DNA from: Octopus sinensis
Lineage: Eukaryota
Assembly (NCBI RefSeq): GCF_006345805.1
Contig: NC_043005.1
Span: 54,498,001-54,562,000, forward strand
Reading direction: 5' to 3'
Length of the DNA stretch: 64,000 nt
Positions 54,513 through 64,000 of this stretch are shown here, piece after piece. How positions within the stretch are numbered: position 1 is the stretch's first letter; every line of letters starts with the position of its first letter. Under the pieces are notes generated by a model. That model was given only the letters and a program-made list of their open reading frames with translations, searched no databases and was not told where the DNA came from. The position numbers and the translations under genes were made by a program.

Positions 54513-54850
54513 TTAGAGACCCCCTTCGGTCATGAATGACCATGGGATTGCACCTAGAAGTTACCCTCCTAGACACAAGTCCAGGCAAGGTTGTTTATGG
54601 AAGACCAGCAGTCGCCCATGCATACCAGCCTCCCCTCTCCACGCCACCAGTGTTATCCAAGGGAAAGACAAAGGTCGATACAGCTTGGCACCAGTGAAGT
54701 CGCAACTCATTTCTACAGCTGAGTGAACTGGAGCAACGTGAAATAAAGTGCTTTGCTCAAGAACACAACACGCAGCCCGGTCCGGGATTCGAGCTCACAA
54801 CCTCACGATCGTAAGCTCGACGCTCTAACCACTGAGCCATGCGCCTTCAC
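54513..54850 (-). mobile_element. SINE family B, full-length and CpG-intact
   Basis: GTGAAGGCGCATGGCTCAGTGGTTAGAGCGTCGAGCTTACGATCGTGAGG..GCTCGAATCCCGG; CORE-like TGTGTTCTTGAGCAAAGCACTTTATTTCACG; ends GAAGGGGGTCTCTA. Confidence 0.9.
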
Positions 54851-54856
54851 AAAAAA
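54851..54856 (-). terminator. RNA polymerase III terminator (T6) after tRNA-Lys
   Basis: Minus strand GGGCG-TAAGGCAA-TTTTTT, 8 nt after the discriminator base. Confidence 0.75.
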
Positions 54857-54864
54857 TTGCCTTA

Positions 54865-54956
54865 CGCCCACAGAGGGACTTGAACCCGCGACCCTCAGAT
54901 TACTTCTAAGGTTGACCTATAAAAGTCTGATGCTCTACCGACTGAGCTATGCGGGC
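54865..54956 (-). tRNA. tRNA-Lys(UUU) with a 19-nt intron (54901-54919)
   Basis: GCCCGCATAGCTCAGTCGGTAGAGCATCAGACTTTTA[TAGGTCAACCTTAGAAGTA]ATCTGAGGGTCGCGGGTTCAAGTCCCTCTGTGGGCG; 73 nt after splicing, intron at 37/38, full cloverleaf with one C50-U64 mismatch. Confidence 0.93.
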
Positions 54957-54973
54957 GGATATATATATATCAT

Positions 54974-55038
<65 letters not shown>

Positions 55039-55316
55039 TATATATACACACACACATATATATATACTCTCTCTCTGTCTCCTTCTCTCAAACACACACA
55101 TAAAATAGACTTCTTTCAGTCCCCATCTACGAAATTCACTCATAAGGCATTAATCAACCTGGGACTATAGCAAAAGGCTCTTCCACGAGGTGCCTCACAC
55201 TGGGACTGAACCAAAAACCACATAGTTTCCAAAAGTGAGCATTTTAACTAAACAGTACCTTTGGTTAACACCTAGTTTTTTTAACACTTGCTAACTAACA
55301 TTATTTTGTTTTTCTA

Positions 55317-55530
55317 AGGCAGTGAGCTGGCAGAAATGTTAGCATGCTGGGTGAATTGCTTAGTGGTATTTTATTTGCCTTTATGTTCTGAGTTCAATTT
55401 CTGCCAAGGTCGGCTTTGCCTTTAATCCATTCAGGGTTGATAAATTAAGTACCAGTTGCATACTGGGGTCGATCTAATCAACTGGCCACCTCCCCAAAAG
55501 TTATGGGCCTTGTACCTAGAGTAGAAAAGA
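55317..55530 (+). mobile_element. SINE family C
   Basis: GGCAGTGAGCTGGCAGAAATGTTAGC..GAGTTCAATTTC..TAAGTACCAGTT. Confidence 0.85.
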
Positions 55531-55696
55531 ATGTTTTATTTTTCTTTCTTTATGTAAATGAGAAATTTTTGAGTTACAACATTCAGGACACTACACTTTA
55601 ACTTATGTTACTAAGTTAATGTCAGTCATTCATTTGAGTTATTTCCCTTAGCACATTTTATTTATATAGTTTTTAATATACATAAACATCATTATA

Positions 55697-55928
55697 TATT
55701 TCTTTACTACCCACAAGGGGCCAAACACAGAGGGGACAAACAACGACAGACAAACGGATTAGGTCGATTACATCAACCCCAGTGCGTAACTGGTACTTAA
55801 TTTATCGACCCCGAAAGGATGAAAGGCAAAGTCGACCTCGGCGGAATTTGAACTCAGAACGTAACGGCAGACGAAATACGGCTACGCATTTCGCCCAGCG
55901 TGCTAACGTTTCTGCCAGCTCACCACCT
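55697..55928 (-). mobile_element. SINE family C, full length and young
   Basis: Minus strand GGTGGTGAGCTGGCAGAAACGTTAGCACGC..GAGTTCAAATTCCGCCGAGGTCGAC..; CpGs retained. Confidence 0.9.
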
Positions 55929-57279
55929 TTATAAACATCATTATACAACTTCTTCGTCTTCTTTTAAAATACTCTATTATAAGGAAAATTTTGTTACTTT
56001 TTCTAGCTTAGCTGTGCAAGGTATATGTAATCATAATAACAGTTTTATTGCCTGATTTATGTTCCAACCTAAACCATCCCATCTATTTTCCTGTTGTTCT
56101 ATATCTAGGTTTTAGCTATTTCATTATATTTATTCGATTTTGACGCAGTGGGAAAATTTGACTGCTATCTCTAGCAGGTGAAGTGAACATCATATACAGG
56201 CTTCTTCTTCTTCTTGAGTGCTAAGAAGCTACAAAACTGATTGAAGTAATAGTGAACTTCACTGAATAATATAGTTGGAATATTAATAAAAGCCATTATG
56301 CCAGAGTTGGTAGGAAACTGCTATTGAATACTTTTAATTAGGACAGACAGGAGCATAAGCAAGAAATTGACAGAAATTTATTAAATTATGTGCAAAATTG
56401 AAAATGGAAAGAAACCAGGAGTAAACTGAAAGATAATTACGTATATATATATATATGTGTGTGTGTGTGTATGTGTGTGCCTGTATGCACAAGTGTGCTT
56501 ATTACTATATTATGTATATATGCTATATATCTGTTGTTTTTGTGAGTGCTGGAGTTCATGAATGTATAGTTACAAGTGCGTTTATATGTGTGTATATATA
56601 TGTGTTTAAGAGTTGAAATATTTCAAGTAAGGTTTCTTTAAAATGTTTACCGTTGTGATAGTGACCTTCCAGATGACCTTTGCAACATGTTGTAAACTAT
56701 TCAATGAAATCAAGCATCAGTGATTAATTAACCCCTTAATTTTCAGATTAATTTGTCAAATGTAATACTTATCTGTTCACATTTATTTTGATTTATTCAG
56801 GTTCAAGTGGGGTGTCCACAATATTTACTTGTAACTTTGTTAATTTTCTACATACCTATTAGAAATTTTGTAAACAGGTGCTTATATGCTAGTGGTTTTT
56901 GCTGATCTTTCTGATTAATTTTGACTTTTATGGGTAGGTAAATTTAATTAACAGGTGTAAAAACAACATTATGAATAAACACTAAAATTCATATTCTTAA
57001 TACATCTTATCTGTTTGATTTGTTACTAAAATTATCTCAGATATCAACCACCAACAACTTTGCATTTTTCAAGATGAGGTACATTAATTTGAATTAATTA
57101 AAATACAGGTGTAATCAGTACAAGATTTTATTCTTTCTCTATATTTCATTCAAACATTTTCATTGAAAAATAAAGTCCTAAACTCTTTTATTAGTCAATA
57201 TACCATTATCTATGTACTCTTATACAATTTAATGAATTCATATACGTAACAGAATGCATCTAGTAAAAAAAGTTCATTA

Positions 57280-58177
57280 ACAGGTGAGACAAAGGTAAAC
57301 ACAGTCTGCAAACTTTTTTTCTTCCATTTATCTTTTCGACTTTATGAAAGTCAATATTTTCTCTGTCGACATCCACCTCAGTTAATTTTGCTTTTACACA
57401 ATATCCAGTATCTGATTCACAAACTTCTCATAACTTGATCCCCCATTTAGTGGGTTTGGCAGGCATGTACTGCCAAAAATGTACTCTGCTCTTATAGCCT
57501 ATCATGGCTTCATCTACAATGATATTTTTCCCAGGTAGATACACAGTTCTATTACTATTAAGGAGTAAATCAATTACAAGACATACTTTGTACAGGGGAT
57601 CATAGTTTGGGTCGTTTTTGCTGGGGGCATTAGCAGAATCAATTAAATGTAAATAGTGAGATATTTTTGAATATCTCATCTTCGGCATTATACTTGAGAT
57701 ATACAGATCACCATACCTTATATCAGGACTCCAGTAGTTCCACAGTCAAGGAAGCTGTTTAACACCATACATAATATTGATTGTGAAAAATGCTCTCATT
57801 TTCGCAGTATAATGAAACATTTCTTCCACAAATAGAAATTACATGTTGCACATATTTGTTTGTTTCCTCTGTAACATTTTCAAAAAAAACTTTCCAGTAA
57901 AAATAAAATAGATAGTCCAATGGTTGAGCATCAGGAGGCAAATTGTGTTGTGGACCAGTGTTTTCTGTGAAATCAGGAATAGTGATTGGTGTTGTAATCT
58001 TTGACCATGTTGCCAAGTTTCATCACTTTCATTCTCAAAATCTTTCTTGTCCGACGAATATTCACTAATATTGATATAAGATTCATCCAAGGACAAAATA
58101 CTCTTGTTTTCATTTATATTTTCAATACTTTCAAGAGTAAAACCTTCAAAGTTGGAATCGCTACTTGCTGACGCCAT
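57280..58177 (-). pseudogene. Internally deleted piggyBac transposase relic
   Basis: Acidic N-terminus MASASSDSNFEGF; DPLYKV; IIVDEAMIGYKSRVHFWQYMPAKPTKWGIKL; then jumps to HKVEKINGRKKVCRLC (start of the Cys-rich tail); frameshifts. Confidence 0.85.
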
Positions 58178-59084
58178 TTCATTAAAAACTAAGGTACAGA
58201 CTTCTCTTCAAACATTGAAAAAACCATGTTGTCTAAATAATTTCACAGTATTTATACTGGAAAGGCTTCATCTTGCATTATCTCAAAGCTCGAATGACCA
58301 TCCTTCCAAAATTTCTCTTTAAATACTCACCAGTAGGCTCCAGCAGCTAGCACAAGCTAACTGTCACGTGACACTGTCTAAGCTTCAACTGACCAACAGA
58401 GGGGAAGGGCGCATAGTTTTGGCCCATACATTCTCTAAACCTGCCATCCAACAGTGTGGTGTTAATTTCAGTTCTAATAATAGAAGTGAATATCCTTGTT
58501 CAATGAGGAAAGAATATGACAAACCAAACCACAAGGCTATTTGTTTTGAAAACACTTCAATAATTCCTTTGGCAAACATATGTCCAAGATAGGAACTAGA
58601 TGTGAAACAAAAATAAAAACAAGATGAAATTTTTATAACTAAATTAGAATTATGTTCACATCAATTGCTATCATCAAATGCCTTTGGCAATTTACTGAGA
58701 AGATATAGTTTAAGTTAAGTATTTTATCTTTGTATTTTATTGTCCATCAAAAACAGATGGTTTAAATATTTACCAATACAAGAGGAAATCTTAATTAATA
58801 TTGATATATAAAAATGTATGTTTAACATTAGAATCAATAACTTGAGAGAAATGAAAAATGAAAAATAAAAAAAAGTGAACATAATTCTTAATATATTGTT
58901 TGCTTTGAGAATTTTCACTCCTAACCTTCTCTGCATAAAGAAGAGTTACAACAGAGGAATTGATTGATTAAAAGATTAATTATTTTATACTGTTATCTAC
59001 ATGTTTTTCAGTACCATTATCACTACTACTACTACTACTACTATGAATAATAACAATAATAATAGTAATGATAATAATAATAGT

Positions 59085-59698
59085 GGTTACAAATTTTGCC
59101 ACAAGGGCACCCATTTTGGGAAAGAGGATGAGTGGTTACCTCAACCCCAGTGTTTCACTGGTACTTAATTTATCAACTCTGAAAGGATAAAAGGCAAAGA
59201 TAGGTGTAGGAGTGGCTGTGTGGTAAGTAGCTTGCTTAAGAACCACATGGTTTCGGATTTAGTCCCACTACATCGCATCTTGGGCAAGTGTCTTCTACTA
59301 TAGCCTCGGGCTGACCAAAGCCTTGTGAGTGGATTTGGTAGATGGAAACTGAAAGACGCCCGTCATATATATGTATATATATATATGTGTGTGTATGTTT
59401 GTGTATCTCTGTCCCCCCAACATCGCTTGACAACCGATGTTGGTGTGTTTACATCCCCGTAACTTAGCGGTTCAGTAAAAGAACCCTATAGAATAAGTAC
59501 TAGGCTTACAAAGAATAAGTCCTGGGTCGATTTACTCAACTAAAGGTGGTGCTCCAGCATGGCCACAGTCAAATGACTGAAAAAAGTAAAAGAGTAAAAG
59601 TCAACCTCAGCAGAATTTGATCGTAGAACGCAGTAACAGGCAAAATAGTGCTAAGCGTTTTGTCCAGCCTGCTAACAATTCTGCCAGATCACTGCCTT
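59085..59698. mobile_element. SINE family A (+, 59201-59600) nested inside SINE family C (-)
   Basis: Family C sequence AAAGGCAAAG|TCAACCTC is split by a full family A copy. Confidence 0.85.
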
Positions 59699-59700
59699 AA

Positions 59701-59701
59701 C

Positions 59702-59778
<77 letters not shown>

Positions 59779-59847
59779 CAATGATGATGATGATGATGAT
59801 GATGATGACGAAGATGATGATGATGATGATTATGATGACAATGATGA

Positions 59848-59881
<34 letters not shown>

Positions 59882-59958
59882 GGTGGTGGTGGTGGTGGTG
59901 GTGGGGATGATGATGAGCAAGTACAAGTGAGAGCTCCGAGAAGTAAAATATAACAACA

Positions 59959-59997
<39 letters not shown>

Positions 59998-59998
59998 A
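59701..59998. repeat. Compound (AAT)(GAT)(GGT)(CAG)(CAA) microsatellite
   Basis: Direct inspection. Confidence 0.95.
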
Positions 59999-61218
59999 TA
60001 ATAATGTAGTTCCAGAGAATAAAACAGTTTAGTCATGACTGGAACACTTTTGATTATAGGCTTGTTCAACGAGGACTGATTTGGTGTTTAGACAACAAAA
60101 ATAACTAATTTGAAGGCTAACATAAGTTTATATAGAGACTGGACTGTTCAAACATTATTATTATTGAATAATATATTAGAAATGATGTATAAAAAATAAT
60201 GTATATAAAACATGTAAAATATATGTGTGGGTTAAGCATAAAGAATTTTACCATTATAAATGAAATGTTGAAACTAATCTATATCCAATTTAGGGAACCA
60301 ATAAATATCCATTCCTTAATCAATTAATTAAAATTATACCCATTGTGAAGAATGAGGAGATAACGTTGTTAGCTTAGTGAAAGGCAGGGGAGACAAATCT
60401 GAAAGCTGAACTAACAAAATTTAATGCCCCACTGAGGAGATCTGTTAAGACTAAAATATGTCTAGGGTTATCACCAGAAAGCTAAATATTTCATCTGCTC
60501 TCTCATTTTGTTTTTAATTAATTTATTACTTTATTTTGAATTAAACTTTATGGGTTGACTCTCTTGTATTTCTTGTCCTAAATTATTAATAATTAAGATA
60601 ATTATTTTCTCCCTCACTATGAGTGGAATTTTAATAAATGGAAATTCTGTGTTCAATATATTAAATATGCCTTCACTAGCTTTACTCTTGATTTTCCACA
60701 CAGAAGGTGGCTTTGGATATTTTATTCCATTCACTAAAACAAAACATTTGGACTAATTAAAATGGTGAATGAAAACAAGTTACAATTTTGTTGAGAGAAA
60801 AAGGCAGATAGAAAATGTCAATTCATTTAAATATCATAAACAATAATTAGAGTAATTAAACAAATGATACTCTAAGTTGCTTGGTTTATTAATTGACAAT
60901 TAAAGGATGAGAACAAGATTCAGGACACAGTGGAGATTTTGACAGTGGTGGTGGTGGTGGTGACAGCAGTGGAGTTTTCTGTTATTAAAATGGATCCATC
61001 ATAAACTGTTCAATTTGCAGAAAACACAAAAATAGAATAAATGTTAAATAATAATTATACTTGCAGGGGTTCTGCTTGTGGATCATTTGAACCTAATACC
61101 TCCCCTCTCTCTGGTTAATGGGAAAGATACCAAGTATGTAAGAATAGTATTAAACATGTGAATAAAAAAGAATCACATTTTTATCAAAAGCTTAAATAAA
61201 AGAGCGAAACAAAAACTA

Positions 61219-62452
61219 TTGGTTTGTTAACTAAGTTCCCACCGTTCTTTTTAATTTAAATTTTTAAAAGGTTTAATAAAAAATTAACAGCTAATTAATC
61301 AATAATGTATTTTCCCTTGTTCTTTACAACTTCTTCCCAACGTTCTACAAGATTTTCGTTGGAAGAAATCACTCTATTTCGACTCGAAAATTGATCCAAC
61401 CAAGCTCTCAATTCTACATCAGTATTGAACGAAACTCCACACATAACATTTGAAAGAGATCGAAAGAGGTGGAAATCCATTAGTGCCAAATCAGGAGAAT
61501 ACAGCAGGTGTGACAGCACTTCCCAGCCATGCGTTTGAATGGCTTCCTTGGTTATATTGGCGATATGAGGGCAGATGTTGTCGTGCAGCAGAACTCCATG
61601 CTGACGATTAGGTCTTTTCTCTTGAATAACCATGTTGAGTCGTTCCATCTGTTGAGCACAGAGTTCTGCATTGACCGTTTGGTTCTGTTCAAGCAATTCA
61701 TAATGGATAATCCCTTCCCAGTCCTACCATACGCACAACATCATTTTATGTGTATGAAGATCTTGTTTCACGCACAGTGTCACATGTTTACCAGGGCTAT
61801 GCCCTTCCTTATGCTGCTTCATATTGATGTACAGGCACCATTTTTCATTGCCAACAACGATTCAGTAAAGAAGTCGCTGCTTGAGTCCATGAGTTGAGCG
61901 GTGACGAGCAAGCAAACCAGCAGAGATTGTGGCTCGTTGATTTATGTTGTTACTTAAAGCATGCTGAACCCATGCTCCATACTTCTGAACCTTTCCCATC
62001 GAGTGAAGATGCGTCTTTATAGCAGTGTGGAAGCATTCCATTTTCTCTGCCAGTTCCCTTGTCGTTTGACAAGAATTTTCGTGCAAAAGTTGGTTTAATT
62101 GCTCTTCATCGAACTCAACTTGATGGCCAGAAGGAGGTATGTCTTTGAGGTCAAAGTTTCCATTTTTGAACTTGGCATACCAATCACGAGTGGTTCTTTC
62201 ACCTATGGCACCCTCTCCATACACAACACGAATGTCATGAGCAGCTTTTGCGGCCTTAGAACCTTGATTAAAAACAAAGAGAAGGAGGTGTCGAAAATGC
62301 TCATTTTTCTTAACTTGACATTCCATTTTAATGATCTGAAAATAAACAAAAATTAACTAAAATTATCTAGAAAAAAAAATAGATTCCAAAATTTAAAAAC
62401 GCAATAAATTCCAAACTTTAAAAAAAATGCAGGAACTTAGTGGCCAACCCAA
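61219..62452 (-). mobile_element. Near full-length mariner element (mellifera-subfamily-like) with disrupted transposase 62326-61295
   Basis: TA-flanked TIRs TTGG(G/T)TTG..ACTAAGTTCC; MECQVKKNEHFRHLLLF, WVQHAL, VGNEKW (D to N), LHDN, YSPDLALMDFHLF; frameshifts split the ORF; 1234 bp. Confidence 0.93.
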
Positions 62453-62619
62453 TACATTAAATCCTGTACCCATATATGCATATGTATATAAATATATATG
62501 TAAGTATGTACATATATGTATGTATAAATGCATATATATATATATGTATATATATATTATTTATATTATTATATGATTGAATGCCAAGCATCCATTTCCA
62601 AGTAAGTTTGTGTGTGTGT

Positions 62620-62835
62620 GTGTTTGTGTGTCTGTGTCTGTCACCTACCCACCAACGTTTGATAACCGATGCTGGTGTGTTTACATCCCCGTAACTTAGC
62701 AGTTCAGCAAAAGAGAGCAATAGAACAAGTACTAGTCTTACAAAGAATAAATTCTGGGGGGCGATTTGGTTTGACTAAAGGCGGTACTCCAGCATGGCCA
62801 CAGTCAAATGACTGAAACAAATAAAAGAATAAAAG
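62620..62835 (+). mobile_element. SINE family A 3' half
   Basis: CCGATGCTGGTGTGTTTACATCCCCGTAACTTAGC...GAAACAAATAAAAGA. Confidence 0.85.
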
Positions 62836-64000
62836 AAATAAAAATATAAATTAACCTCAAACTTGACAGCCACTCAGCAATCCATAAAAAAACTATGTCC
62901 CTTTGCTCAGTGAATTATTCTCACAACCATTTTCACTTGGTCTTAACATTGCTTATGTTGTGTTAAACGAAAGGTGCCAACCTTGCATTGTAGTGTTGAA
63001 TTATCTTCACCTTGCTTTTAATACATTTACTAATTTGGTATTAATAACTATGAACTACTTTTATAATATTATCAGGTATATTGATTGTATTGCAGAAAAT
63101 TCCAAATTATGTTTGTTGTTTTAAGAACATTATTTCCATTAACTTATTTGTCTTTAGACATGTAAACATAAATGATATTAGTAAAATAAAAAATATATGA
63201 AAACTCAAGTAAATATGAATGTCATTATTCTTGTCTTCACACAACGATTGTTTAAAATTGCGAACTTCCAGCAAAGAATAAATAATTAAAAATCCGCACT
63301 AAATTGCTATTGCCAGTCTGTGTACATTATACAAACTGTGTTAACATTGTATACAATTTATTTATTGTCAGTTAACATCATTATCATCATCAATCATCAT
63401 TTAACATCCGTTTTCCATGCCTGCATGGGTTGGACAGTTCAACAGGAGCTCACAAGCTGTAGAGCTGCACCAGATTACAATTTTCTGTCTTGGCATGATT
63501 TCTATGGTTGGATGCCCTTCCTAATGCCAACCATTTTAGAGAGTGTACTGGGTGCTTTTTATGTGGCACCAGCATGGGCACTTTTTTATCTGATGCCAGT
63601 GCAGATACTTTTTATGTGGTGTCAGCATGTAACAGGTAATTTAAAATATAATTTAATTACTTCAGCTATTATTTAAATGAAATATGGCACTATTTTCTGT
63701 GAGTTCCTTTACTCTGACCCTAATTCTTCCTTTTTTACTTTTCCAATACTTATTTTCATTTACTTTCTACTTGCAATGGCGTGAACTAAATCTCAAGACC
63801 TAAGGCGTTGTAAATGGATATTCAACAGTTTTGACATTGAATATTCACTTGTTCTATCAACTGTATTACTTTGTTATTGAATCAGTATGCAAGTGGTTGA
63901 GTATTCCACAGAATACATACCTTTAACGTAATCCTCAGGTAGTATCAGTGTGCCACAGTATAACAGTGGAGCCTCTAAAAGACAGATACACTCAATCAAG

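Noticed and set aside
59648-60069. Poly-N/D/G/M ORFs (also at ~9.9, 40.3 and 53.5 kb)
   Set aside because: Trinucleotide microsatellites open in several frames, with no splice or coding context.

Overview
AT-rich, microsatellite-saturated animal DNA (intergenic or deep intronic), most likely from an octopus/coleoid cephalopod. That is inferred from the SINE sequences, the (TA)n/(TACA)n/(AAT)n/(GAT)n load and an intron-containing tRNA-Lys(UUU). I found no credible host protein-coding gene; most ORFs in the track are translated microsatellites. The window holds dozens of tRNA-derived SINE copies from at least three families, decayed RTE, R4/Dong-like and CRE-like LINE 3' ends, mariner, Tc1, pogo/Tigger and piggyBac relics, MITEs, a Helentron-like element and Penelope-like termini. 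Three things stand out. (1) An unspliced tRNA-Lys(UUU) with its trailer is fused directly to an unusually intact SINE, and the pair sits inside a (TA)n tract (54513-54960). (2) A 12-unit, ~107-bp tandem array of tRNA-like Pol III heads has internal T5 terminators and a higher-order repeat (47745-48990). (3) About ten minimal hammerhead-ribozyme-like motifs occur, including a family with a consistent A6U core change and three long hairpin elements with the core near their centre. Repeat boundaries were read by eye and are approximate unless TIRs/TSDs are quoted.
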